DNA from: Octopus bimaculoides
Taxonomy: Eukaryota
Length of the DNA stretch: 64,000 nucleotides
Assembly: GCF_001194135.2 (NCBI RefSeq)
Contig: NC_068989.1
Coordinates: 19,388,468-19,452,467, forward strand
Direction: 5' to 3'
Part shown: piece after piece, positions 50,959 to 63,582 of the stretch
How positions within the stretch are numbered: the first letter of the stretch is position 1
Layout: each line of letters opens with the position of its first letter
The notes under the pieces: generated by a model
Told to the model about the DNA's origin: nothing
Seen by the model: only the letters and a program-made list of their open reading frames with translations
The model's database searches: none
Made by a program: the position numbers and the translations under genes

Positions 50959-51248
50959 AGAAATGGATACTATTTTTCATATTATACATCACATCTGAGT
51001 TATCTACAAATATACCAACTGTACACATGTACATATATCTACAGAGATAGGTACAAATTATATTGTGTAATGGAAATTTATACAGGGTCTAGGGGTCAGC
51101 AAATGACCAGGAAACACTAAAACCCAAGTAACAATGTAGCTATTTATCTTCTGATGTAAGTACACACATATATATATAGAGAGAGAGAGAGAGAGGAGAT
51201 AAATACCTACTTTGACAAATATATAAAATGTTTGTGCTTTATTTTCAG

Positions 51249-51337
51249 TACATATGGCAAGCCGCAAACATAAGAAAAATTTGGCTAGGAAAAAAGCACT
51301 GGAGCTAAAAAATCAAGGTAAAACAATTTCAATCTGA
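51249..51337 (+). CDS. TRIT1: TRIT1 terminal coding exon (HxxSxxH half of the C2H2 matrin-type finger plus basic tail)
   Basis: ctttattttcag acceptor. A|TA joins in frame to give (I)HMASRKHKKNLARKKALELKNQGKTISI*, with TGA at 51335-51337. Human equivalent is AHIKSKSHLNQLKKRRR. Confidence 0.88.
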
Positions 51338-53047
51338 CAGAGTGAAGAAAGTGGGGATTAAGTTGATTAATAACAACTTGATATTTTATCAATCCTGGTA
51401 GAATGGAAAACAAGAGTTTGAACATTAAGCAGGCAGCTTGATTCCTTTTTCATTTTTGTGTATAAACCATGATCCTTGCCAAAATGTAATACAAGTACAT
51501 GGCTCTTTTTGTAATATTAATTTATTTTAGAGGATGCTAAGGAATTTGAAGCATTGCAATATTCATGTCTTTCTAAGTATAGTAATGGGTTAAGATAGTG
51601 AAAAAGTACTGATTATATTAATCCAAGAATTTAGTAAAATAAGGAAAATTATTCTTGGAAAACTTTATGGTTAGATAAATGAATATCAATCAAACAAGAT
51701 TCTTTAAAAATAAAATAGGTGTTTCTAATGGTGATGTGGAAGGTTAAAAAAAGACAAAGTCTGGCTAAATAACTGGAAAGAAAAGATATTGAACTAGCAT
51801 TCATTGATGTATCTCAGTATTGGGGAAAATAAATGACAACTATTATTTCCATTTTATAGATAAATTAAAAGACAAAGGATGAAAAATTACACCAATTAAG
51901 ATTATAGATGCAGAAACCATATGGTCGAAAAGGTCTCAACCACATGAAATGTGTGTGTGTCCAAGTATGAGAGGAATTAGTTGATTATTACTGATACTGC
52001 AAAATTTAATATACTTATACATCCTTGAGCAAGACACTACTTGACTCTCTGTCAGCATTATTTAATACAAAATGAACGACATCTTGTTAGAGAATGAATT
52101 GTACTGAAGGAATTAACTAGTTGCTTTAGAAATTAAATTCAGATCCTGCTATGGCTGATTTGTTTTACCTACATTTTACAAATTTACATTATTTGGAGGA
52201 GGAGTTAAACAAGGCCTCCAGAGCTTAGGAGCCAGTGCCATAGCATGTGTGCCATTTTTAGGAAAGTTGCAACAAACTGCAATAGAGTTTGAAATAAAGT
52301 ACATAAAATCAACTTAATAAATCAAGGTTTGTGAGTAAGGAAGAAAAGGATTTCTGAATTTCAAACTATGGGAATGGAGTACTACTTTACTTTTGCAGTA
52401 TAGGGTTACAGCAGCTTCCTTGACGAACGACACAATGTAAGGGAGAGAATCCCCATAAAAAACTTTTTTTTGTTCTGTACTTATTTATTTTTTTAAATCA
52501 TCTATCAAATCGTTTTCTTCTGATAATGTAAGGTGATAACTTTCGTGTTATTTTTGCAAGAATTCCATTTAATTACGACCAGTAATGTTTAACACGCAAT
52601 TATAATCAAAATTATATATTTCAGAAATCGAAAAGGAGAAACAAAGGGACGTAATTCAAGAAGAAACCCATTGAATATCGGCGATTTCCACAAAATTTTA
52701 ACATATTTCAAAAATATTTTAGATAAATTTCTCTACACAAATCACATTCTTGTCGCCTTTTTTAATTATTTTTACTGGTTTCAAATGTCTAAATGTTCTT
52801 TGGTGTCTGAGAGGTAGCTCAATATTAAATGCCATAATGTATTTACTTTCTTCGACTAATATATGTGTGTATGTATATATATTATATATATATATATATA
52901 CACACATATATATACATACATTAAACTCCTCACTCGTATCACTATCGAACCAAGAGTTTAACTACAGTCTGTCCACAGCACTTAGCGTTACCTGCCACTC
53001 TTTGGATCTTCTAGATACCAATACCATATATATATATATATATATAA

Positions 53048-54045
53048 ATAAGCAGGAGGGTAAATTTGAGGATAGCCTCAGATGCATAGAAGAGGTCTTG
53101 ACAAATCTGTACCAACACATCAATATACTTTTCCTAGGCGACTTTAACCTCCCAAAACTTAAATGGCCTGAAGGTCACATCCTCTCTGGGATGTCACTGC
53201 ATGAACAAAGCCAGGCAAAATCTTTGTTAGAACTCTCCAACATGCTGTTCATGGAACAAGTGATGCTCCAACCAACCAGGGGAAGCAATATTTTAGATCT
53301 CTGCTTCACAAACATTGTGAGCCTAATCCATAATGTGAAAGTAACACCTACATCTCTCTCAGATCATGACATTATAGAATTAACTATGTATGGTCCTAGA
53401 CAACCCACTGAAACCCACCCCATCAGGTGGACTCAAGCGATATTCAGTCTGAATTTCCACAGGGCAGACTGGAAGTCGATTCAAAATCAAAACTGGCATG
53501 ACAGCCTTTCTATACAAGACAATGACCTCAAATTAAGTAATTTTATGTCAACCATACAAGGCATATGCGCCAAATACGTGCCAAAAAGAAAGACCAGCAA
53601 ACATGCCAATAGAATTCCCAGAGACAGGAAAATCCTTAGGAGACACAAAACAAAGGTCTCAAACCAGTTAAATAGAGAATTGGAGGATAGGCATAAAAAC
53701 AAACCCCAAGGCTTTCTATAGATTTGCAAAAGAGACTGCTGCGGCACAGTATAAAATAGGACCCTATTCCTGCCTAATGGCTCACTGACTGCGGACTCCA
53801 CATGGATAAGTGAAGTGCTCAGTGCACAATTCAAGAGTGTTTTCACTTCTCCTCTGAGTCACATGCAGATAAAGAACCCAGCTGATTTCTTTGACAATAT
53901 CACTCAGTAGAAAAAGACTGCATCCATTACCTACATTGACATTGAAGAGGAAGATGTAATAGCTGCCATAAATGAAATGAGCTCAAACTTGGCAACTGGC
54001 CCCGATGGTTTCCCAGCTGTCCTCCTAAAGTCGTGTCAACTGGTA
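53048..54045 (+). mobile_element. CR1-clade LINE fragment (AP-endonuclease and linker)
   Basis: ILFLGDFNLPKLKW...QPTRGSNILDLCFTN...LSDHDIIE endonuclease motifs, then, after frameshifts, ATGPDGFPAVLLKSC upstream of a missing RT domain. Confidence 0.88.
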
Positions 54046-54059
54046 ATTCATCAAACTGC

Positions 54060-55025
54060 AATGCACATTGTATACCACCACAACGTTACTGTTTGAGAAC
54101 TCACTCAGATAAAGAACATAAGCCAGAAAGAATTGGTCATGTCAATGAACTACCAACAAAAACTCATACACACATATGACATAATAATTCAACTGCTTGA
54201 TCCAATCTTGTAGAACACACTTGATCAAATAAGCCTAACAACAGATATAGGAATCAGGATGTCCTCTGGTTCAACCTCATTTTCAATTTGCATGTTTCAA
54301 CCAAGATTACTGGAAAATTTTTTGCTGCTTTGGACAAGTGATTTCCTAAATCTAATCAGTACGATGCTATTTTTAATCAACACACCATGAAGGTATCTTA
54401 CGCCAGCTCTGCTAATTTAGAGCAGCTTATGCATCGCATAAACAATAGCAAAATGCAGCAAAGGAGATATAAACCACATTGATAAATACCAACTACGACC
54501 AATTTGTAGTAGTAGAAATACTTGATACAGCTAACATGGTAAGAACGCCGATAAATGGAGTCGGGACTGCCTTATGTACAAATAAATATGATAAATGCTC
54601 ATGCAAAGAAAAATCAAAATGTTCTTTAATGAATCTCTGTATGAATACAAATCTTGTATACAAATGTACTGTGAACACAAGGGGAGGGTCCTATGTTTAC
54701 ATTGGACAGATGGCTGATTCATTTAAGAATCATTATCGTAACAATGTTGCCAGCTTTAAGACAATTAATAAGAGACATTCAACATCTATGGCAGATTTTG
54801 CATGGCGACTGAAGGAGGATAAAACAAAGTACAGCATTAATTGGTCCATAGTAACGTATGCAAAACCATACAATATAATTTCCAGATGCCATCTCTGCTC
54901 CAAGGAATTCCTGTCTATTCTGTGGACTAACAAGAAAATGATTAATAGAATTTCTGAACAACTCTAGAGATGCCTACATGCATATAAATGTACTTTCACA
55001 CAATGCAGAGAGAATGAATTTTGAG
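54060..55025 (+). mobile_element. Penelope-like element 3' fragment (linker plus C-terminal GIY-YIG endonuclease)
   Basis: NQDVLWFN..., FNQHTMKVSYAS, then CSCKEKSKCSLMNLCMNTNLVYKCTV...YIGQ...FKNHY...INWSIV...CHLCSKE...INRISE. This is the C-terminal endonuclease-positive PLE layout, frameshifted. Confidence 0.82.
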
Positions 55026-55334
55026 TAACTGTTAACATAACTTAATTTACTTTAAGGTACGGATGACTTAAGTTTACTTTTAACCACCCCATTCTTATAA
55101 ACACCAAGTAGATAACTAACTCACTTTGTGATCATGAGTACACCAAATCTCACGTGTGTGTATGCTCACATTTTTGTGGATGCTTGTATGAGCAAGTGTA
55201 CTTGTGCCATGCAGCTTGCCTGGGGGCATTTATACATTCATATCTGTTAATGGTTATTTTTAATACTTTTCTCAATAGATTGCATGTTCATTTCTCTTTT
55301 TGCCATCTGAGATTTTATTTTTAAACTTTGATAT

Positions 55335-55710
55335 AGGCACAGGAGTGGCTGTGTGGTAAGTAGTTTGCTTACCAACCACATGGTTCCGGATTCATTCCCA
55401 CTGCGTGGCACCTTGGGCAAGTGTCTTCTACTATAGCCTCGGGCCGACCAAAGCCTTGTGAGTAGATTTGGTAGACGGAAACTGAAAGAAGCCTGTCGTA
55501 TATGTGTCTGTGTTTGTCCCCCCCAACATAGCTTGACAACTGATGCTGGTGTGTTTACATCCCCGTACCTTAGCGATTCGGCAAAAGAGACCGATAGAAT
55601 AAGTACTAGGCTTACAAAGAATAAGTCCTGGGGTCGATTTGCTTGACTAAAGGTGGTGCTCCAGCATGGCCGCAGTCAAATGACTGAAACAAGTAAAAGA
55701 GAGTAAAGAG
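55335..55710 (+). mobile_element. SINE family A copy
   Basis: Complete head and tail ending aagtaaaagagagtaaagag. Confidence 0.88.
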
Positions 55711-57654
55711 TATATAAATGAAGATATTTCCTCCATCTGGCTGCTTTTTTTTCTACAAAATGAAAAGTTACATTGCAGAACAGTCATTTTAATGAGTTGT
55801 ATTTGTTTATCACCCAACGAGATACATCTGCACCACTGGATGCTCCTGAACCAGTTGTTGGGTGTCCTACCCAAGAGGAATTGATGCTAGATGTGTTGAA
55901 ACAATTATCGTAATTAATAATAAATTCTCATATATTCCATCTTCTGTCTTTCATTTGCTATATATATATATATATAATTGGGTGTCTGTGTTGGTTGTTA
56001 TAGTTTTATCTCATTTTGTCTAATACATATATATATATATAGAGAGAGAGAGAGATCTTTTGTTTTAATCATTGGACTGCAGTCATGTTGGGGCACTCCC
56101 ACCTTGAAGGGTTTAGTCGAACTAATCTACTCAAGTACATTCTTTTTTGAAGGTCTGGGGCTCTGGTTAGGCTTCTAACCATTTGAATTTTCACCTGAAT
56201 ATTTTCAAAAATTGTAATTTTAAAGTAGTTTTGCATGTGTTAGGCTATATAAATACGAATTTACACAAAAACCTCAAAATGTTGGGTTTTTCTAAGAAAA
56301 TGCAAAACAAACTGATGTGTATCCTTCAAATCCAATCTATAAGTGGGATAATAAATATTTTTAAGATATTCCAAAGATTCTCTGAATGACTATATGCACA
56401 GGCTTGGTTGTGTGCATTTACAAAAAAACAATCGTGTACACACCTAAGTATTAAAGAGACACAAAGAACATATAAAACTACACACACACACATATCTACA
56501 AACGGCAGTAACTGTCTCAAAATGTCCTGTTAGCAATCAGCCTGAACTCCAACTAAAAGAATTTAAATAAAGCTCAAAGAAAATAAACACTCCTATTCCA
56601 AATTCAAGAAATCTCAAGAAATATTTCACTTTGGAATTCAACTCAATTCCAGTCCATTCTATTCTATTCAAGAGTTGCTCTTTGCATTCAAGCTGATTCT
56701 GATCCAGCAAACTTATGGTGAAAGACATGCTAAGCACGACTACCCCAGCTTTTGTTCCTGATATAAGAGAATATATCCTGCCCACTTTTTATAAAGATTA
56801 ATCTGAGAGAGATCTGGTCCCATCGTCTCAGTAACATTATCAATACATGTATAAAATACATACATTCCTCTAATGCAACTGAAAAAAGTTTTTTTTTTAA
56901 TTTTGACAAATGACAAAAAAAAGAAAGAGATAAATTAAGAAAGTAGGGAGAGAAATCTCAGTTATCATCAAGTATCGTCTGCACTCAGCAGGTTCAATAG
57001 CATAGATCGTCATTTAATTAAAGTTTGTCTAATTTTTTATATTTATCTATCCCTGTAATTCTTGGTTTTCCCCATACTACTGTCATTCGGTTTGCCTTTT
57101 AATTGAAAGCTGTTCCAACTATGACCATCTGTTTTATTACTTTCTCTAATAGCATGCAGGCAATGCCTCTTCAATACATTTCTTTTAAAAATAGTAGGGG
57201 GAGATTTAAGATATATTTAGTCACTATTTCTAACAGGTCGGACGCTCATACTTTAGCACAAGGGAGGTAACTCTTCATACGCAAAAGAGTATTGCATTGT
57301 CAGATCTTTGCATAGTAAGTGGAAACGCGCTACGGACCGAACGAACAGCAGCAGAAATCTCCAGAGACTATTATTTCCCGACATTCTAAGGGAGCGGGGT
57401 CCACTTAGGTCATGACACCCTGGTGTTCTCTGCTGGTTTTGAAATGTTACCTTTAGTGGGTATTGAACTCAGAACTTTCTGGTGATCTTATTTCCCTGAA
57501 AGTGGTTCATACCACTCACCCACAAAGACTGCCGCGAGAATTTGCACTATTGATGTATTTCAAAGTGGGTTTACCCCTCCTACTATGTTTAGCGGTTTGC
57601 AGTGTTTCTTTACAGTTCCAGTTACCATTTCTCTTTGCCCATAGCAACCTTGTA

Positions 57655-57901
57655 GGTTAATATAAAGATCTTCACCCGGGAACAAAAAAAAATAATAATA
57701 AACCAGCCTGCTGGGTGTTAACAAGTATGTAGAAAACGAATGTGCGCTGATGACCGGTGCGGGGAGTGTACTTTCGGAAAATTCATAAGATCCGATTTGT
57801 TTTTCTTTTCATATTCGTTTTCTACATACTTGTTAACACCCAGCAGGCTGGCTTATTTTATTTTCTTTTTTTGTTCCCCGGTGAAGATCTTTATATTAAC
57901 C
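57655..57901. repeat. Foldback element (MITE-like) with ~87-bp near-perfect inverted arms
   Basis: 57655-57741 (ggttaatataaagatcttcacc...gtagaaaacgaat) is the reverse complement of 57813-57901 apart from a few changes in the A/T tract. The spacer is 71 bp. Confidence 0.85.
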
Positions 57902-59937
57902 CGCATTACTAGGTCGTTCTCGCTTGCGAGTGACGGTTAGGATTTTTTTCCCCCCTGTTTGGGACAATGTTTCGATATAAATATATATGACATCAGTCAT
58001 AAGTTAGTGTGGGTGCGAACGCGTTCGACTGTTTACATCTGTCGAGCAGATGAAACACTCTCACTCATAGACTTTTACCGAAATATTGCACCTATGGGTT
58101 AATTTAACAACGAAATTTGGCAAGGACGGTAGCTGCTATTTCTAACATATTGGGTGACAACAGTATATGCATTTTCACATACATAGACACAGTCACGCAC
58201 ACAATGATAACTTCCAAATCCTGTTTTCTGACTGGGTTGAAAATTATCAAACTTTAAACCTCTATAAATTTTTAAAACTTTTCTGGAAAAAGTGAAATAT
58301 CTCCAGAGATTGAGCTTGGAAAACTACATTAATATGCCAAATTTAAAAACTTTCAATAAACTTTTAATTTTCGAAAATTGTCAGCCAAACTGAAAAGATC
58401 CTATTATTTTAAATTACCGTTAACACTGAACCAGAAGTAATAATTGACACAAAAGATTCCGCAAAAACCTGATGGGATTTCTAAGTTATTCAATAAAGAT
58501 TAAAGGGAGGCAGCTATTAGGCACAACGTTTTTTTCACAATCTTACTAAAGGGAGACGATCACCACTCTCCGATGTCGGCCAGTGGTACACCCACGCATG
58601 CAATTTTTTCAACAACCTAGCTTAATTAAATTGTAGAATTGTTTCAGACTCGAGTTACTTTAGATGCCTTGGATGGGTCAGAGGTGAAGCACATTTGTTG
58701 TCAAAGATACTTAGCAAAAAAGTGACGGGGCCTCGACCATTTACTCGAGTTTAAGTGTCATAGAGTCCGAAATGCGTAATGTAATAGCTGTTGTCCAGCA
58801 ATGCTTGGATGATTCAACGAATAGATCAAGTGATTGTATATTGGTCAGGAAACTGTATGAGGATGAAAGTAAATGTATGGAGTTCAGAAGCAGTATCTCT
58901 GGTACTGCTTCTGTACTAGCAATGTTCGTGCGGTAGGCGAATGAGAGTCTTAAGTTGTGAATATGACTTCTGAATGAGAACGAGTTCTGAGAGCGGAAGT
59001 AGAAGAATTATGGGTAAAGAAGGTGTCTTTGAGCCAGAGTGACTGGACATCAATATTACCGATATCCAGACGAGTGGTCGGGAGATTGGAGAGTTTAATG
59101 CAAGGGAGACAACAATTATGATTTTTTTTTTCCTATAAGTTACCTCCCATTTTGTATATTCATCCCGAAATCCCGTGCAATCTCGTGTAGTTTCCTATAT
59201 TCTCATCCAAGATGGAGATGGTTACCGACAGATTTGATCATTGTTGAAAGATTCCTCTCAGAATGAAACCAATGGTAACCTTGTTAACCCACAAGTAAAT
59301 GTGTGTGTGTATGTATATATATTATGTATATATATATATATATATATATATTATGTATATATATTGAACAGACTCGGCTGGCACAAAACTAAGAGTACAA
59401 TCAACTTTTGATATAAGCACACACATATTTAGTAACCGAAATATCCGACATTGTCCGAGATGAAAATTAAAGGAATTTGCGGTAAACAACGCAAAGAAAT
59501 GCACCAACGCACGCACATGTAGAATAATTGAGGATCTTTTCTTTTCATATGAATATGTGATGTGGTTCCAAACTATTGAAAGTCCCTGGTATTTTCTTTT
59601 AGATTTAAATCTAGAGATTTCAAAGCCATTCAATTTTTTAATTTTTTTGTGTGTTTTCTTTTCTTTTTTATTCCAGTCAGTCGACTGGGGTCATATTGGG
59701 TCACTGCCTTCAAGACTCTTTGGTCGAATTAATCGACCCAAGTACTTACTTTTTGTTAAGCCTGTTACTTATTCAATCGGTGTTTCTTGCCGACCCGCTA
59801 AGTTATGGGGACGTAAACACACCAACACTGGTTGTCAAACAATGGTGTGGGGGACAACCACACGCATTTATATACATATATAGAGAGATAAATACACATA
59901 GATACATATATAAAATGCATATAAGATATATAACATA

Positions 59938-60175
59938 CATCATCATCATCGTTTAACGTCCGCTTTCCATGCTAGCATGGGTTGGACGATTTGACTGAGG
60001 ACTGGTGAAACCGGATGGCAACACCAGGCTCCAGTCTGATTTGGCAGAGTTTATACAGCTGGATGCCCTTCCTAACGCCAACCACTCAGAGAGTGTAGTG
60101 GGTGCTTTTACGTGTCACCCGCACGAAAACGGCAACGCTCGAAATGGTGTCTTTTATGTGCCACCCGCACAAGCC
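59938..60175 (-). mobile_element. Retroposon 3'-end family D with (GAT)n tail, representative copy
   Basis: Core gtggttggcgttaggaagggcatccagctgta..tgccaaatcagactgg ending ..gttaaacgatgatgatg. Other copies at about 8755-8928(+), 10285-10415(+), 10610-10790(-) and 43555-43712(+). Confidence 0.7.
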
Positions 60176-61158
60176 ATATATAGCATGTAAGACATATATA
60201 TATAACATATAAAACATATACAGCACACACTCACACGACGGGTTTCTTTCAGTTTCTATCTACTAAATCCTGTCACAAGGCTTTGGTCAGGCATGGGCGT
60301 GTAGTTAAGAAGTTCACTTTGCAACCACGTGGTGTAGAGTTCAGTCCTACTGCACGCCATTTTGAGCGTTTTCTACTATAGCTCTGGGCCAAGCAATACC
60401 TTATGAATAAATTTGTTAAGAATGAACTGTGTACAAGCCCGTTATGTATGTATGTGAGTGTGTCTTTGCGCCTGTTTACTCCTATCCTACACCGCTGATA
60501 ACCGATGCTGGTTTGTTAACGTCCCCGTAACTTAGCAGATGGAATAAGTACTGGGATCGATTTGTTCGACTAAAACCCAGCATGGTTACAATCCAATGGC
60601 TGGAACAAAAGATATCTTTCTCATATATATATATATATATATATATAGCTACGTCAATTTATAAATACATACATGCTTTATACATTTCAATATCTTATAA
60701 TAATTAAATCTATATCATTATAAACACTTCATATCCCTATATCTCTTCTCTATAGCTATATCTATATCCAAGTATATACCTTTATATACCTCAGTGTCTC
60801 CCACATATAACATCTATTTATAGCAATATACATACTTTATACAGAAATTTATGTAAAATATCTAAGTCTAGCAGTGTTTATTCCGCCATATTTCCTTTTA
60901 TTGGCCTGTTGGTGTTTCTATTTTTGATGATGATGAAATTGTGTGATGAGGCAATCTGCCTCCATGTTTACAAGGAGTGTACAGACAGGAGAGTGCTGTT
61001 GTTTAACCTCCGAGTAAACTGCTCGAATAGGTTTACAGCCCAAAGCATTCCGGCCGTGCCCATTCCATGTTTTTGCATGTCAAGGACTAATATCTAAATA
61101 TGCTGTTTATTTAAGATAGGAAGGGGCGCTTTCTAGCAGATCGAATGATCGCATAGAG

Positions 61159-61303
61159 TAGATATGGGCAACCTTTATCGAGAAGCGGGCCGCATGAGGC
61201 ATAGGTCATCATCGGGCGAGTGACATTACTAAAGAATTTAAGGTAATTTTCCGTTAGGCGTGGCATTCTGAAAGTTCTGCGGGCCGCAAGTTGCCCATGA
61301 CTG
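61159..61303. mobile_element. Small hAT-type MITE
   Basis: atgggcaac/gttgcccat termini with gcgggccgc subterminal motifs. Confidence 0.5.
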
Positions 61304-62103
61304 AGTTTGAAGGACAGTAAGGCATTCCAACAGTGGCCATCCTGATATTTTCCCCCAAAATCACATTATCCAATCTGCACTTTTCTTAAACGTGTCAGAG
61401 AGACAGACAGAGGTTTAACTGAAATTTCTAGCAAGTTAAGCGACTACGTAGAGGTTCACTTGATGGTTCGATCGACAAGCAAGTTCGTCATCACCAGATG
61501 AGTAAATGGTTCTCCGTCGGCTTCGATGATGAGTATTCAATTGTTCGAGCAACTGAATTACCTGCTCCTGAATTTATGTGGAAGCAGCTGAGTAGTCCAC
61601 AGACACGTGGACAATCTTAACGAAATTGTCAGCGCGGAATCAGCGTGACAAGGCTGCACAATTACAATCCATCCAACGCGTTTCCGCACAATTTCACTCC
61701 CAAGGCAATGGTAAAAGATACCTGTCCAGGATGCCATACAGTGAGATCGAACAAAAGACTTCTTACTCGTTTGGCCATGCTGTAGCCATGAGATACGAAG
61801 AGAAGGCCTCTGTTGTCCGCCCTACTAGAATAGCGTTGTCCGATGCAAAATAGCAGTCTCTTCCACACAAACCAAAGCTATAGGTTCTATCTCTCTAGTA
61901 TAAAGGGTTCGATAGGATCCAAGCCTGGACAATATGGTATAAAGGACAGGTTGTTGCCCATATGCAGCGTATTCCATCTATCCACGTCACTGATGGATCC
62001 AAAGTACAGCAGAGTTTTTACATTTTGGCTCCAGCATTTTCGCAGGAGTAACCAGAACGAGGTTATGGACAACGTCTAACTGCCTCAGGGGCTCCGACAC
62101 CTG

Positions 62104-62136
<33 letters not shown>

Positions 62137-62761
62137 TCAGAGTTTACTTCCGAAGCCTTTCCTATGGCAAGGCAGCGGAGGTTTGGAGTCAGGGTGTGCC
62201 TTCTCCTAAATGTGTTGCATCGCTCCATCTGCTCGACTGACTTGCTAAGCTACTACCCCGAGTCAGAGAAGACCTGTGAACCATAGTGGCTAAGATGTGG
62301 TTCCGCACGCCTCAAAACACAGGAACCTTTCACGCAGGGTACCCCATTACTGCACAAAATAAGAGATACAACCAAATATGCGGGAATCAAGAGATATTAA
62401 TATCTAACTGTCCAGAAAGATGGACAGAAATTGTATTTTTATTTCAAATCTCTAAATATCAGTGTTAGAATATTTTGGTATTTTATTTTATCGACCCCGG
62501 TGGGAGGAAAGGGAAAGGTCATTTCGGTCGGATTTGAACTTAGAACATAAAGATCCAGATATACCACATTTATTCCGACGCTCTTAAAGATTCTGCCAAC
62601 TCACTGCTGTGAACAGATAGTAATAAAACAAATCAGATTCAGAAAATCAGCATGTAATTAAACCGCCTTAATTGTTAAATTGATGATAATTGCTATTATA
62701 AAAAAAAAATTAAAAATTATCAATCAGAGCCTGTTACAGTTCCACACAGTTGATAAAGCAT

Positions 62762-62975
62762 TTCCGATTCTGAAAAAACATTGTTTGAAAAATTTCAATT
62801 CCCCTCCCCCACCAAGCAGGCTATTTACATGCTAGAAATAACAGCCAAATCTCACAAAACTAGTGTTAGGTTTAGGGTTAGGGTTAGGTTTACCCTGTGG
62901 ATCTATATAAAAACCGGGTGGGGGGGGATCGAAATTTTGAAACAGATTTTTGAAAATTTTTTTTCAGAATCGGAA
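62762..62975. mobile_element. MITE-like element with ~45-bp TIRs and internal (TTAGGG)-like repeats
   Basis: ttccgattctgaaaaaa/ttttttcagaatcggaa termini plus inner aaatttc..cccc/gggg..gaaattt. ttaggtttagggttagggttagg at about 62868-62888. Confidence 0.55.
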
Positions 62976-63366
62976 TCTCCATAGCCAGAGGATTAATGTG
63001 CATGAATGGATCGTCCATATTGTATTTATGAACACGTGTGGGAAAGAAACTTGCTTAGGGAATGCTTAAAGCGCTTCCATTACCGCCTAAAAATTTAGGG
63101 GATTCGCTACTTCGTTTTATAACGTTTATTTTTACGCTTTCATGCCTCTCACTCTCAAACTATTCTATCCCTCTCCTCTATCATACCCGCTTCTCTTTCT
63201 AAGCGTTCATTACTCATTGCTTCCCACCAAATCGCATCCACCACACGTCTTATATTAACTCTTTCTGTACCTTTCCTCCTCTTTATTTAGAGGTCAAGCG
63301 TAATTAGAGAAATCACTCAACCAAAATTTATATGGCTAATTATTATAGAGATTTCAGCAAATACGA

Positions 63367-63582
63367 GGGAGACAACTCTGGACATTTCAACATTACTGGA
63401 CGTCCTCGACGAAGCGTAGCTTTACCGAATATGCTGAAATAACGATGTAGCAGTATAATAGATGTATATATACGATATATATAATAACAGGAGTGCAAAT
63501 TAACATATTTAACAATTAAAACAACGCTTCCATGACGTCTATGCTTCACTGAAGCGGTTAAATTTATCCAGAGTTGTCTCCC
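63367..63582. mobile_element. MITE with 16-bp TIR gggagacaactctgga
   Basis: 63367-63382 and 63567-63582 are exact reverse complements. There is an extra subterminal inverted pair, gacgtc..gaagcgt/acgcttc..gacgtc. Confidence 0.65.

Noticed and set aside
52750-53721. 323-aa ORF as a host gene
   Set aside because: The N-terminus is AT-rich microsatellite sequence and the rest is a CR1 endonuclease that frameshifts downstream.
56719-56729. tgaaagacatg matching the first 11 nt of miR-71
   Set aside because: The rest does not match and there is no complementary arm.
57747-57781. CTGATGA...GGAAA as a hammerhead
   Set aside because: Stem II does not close properly and there is no stem III or NUH site.
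61626-62079. Short ORFs on both strands
   Set aside because: Only a faint resemblance to an RTE 3' end (RPTRI..SD), too weak to call.
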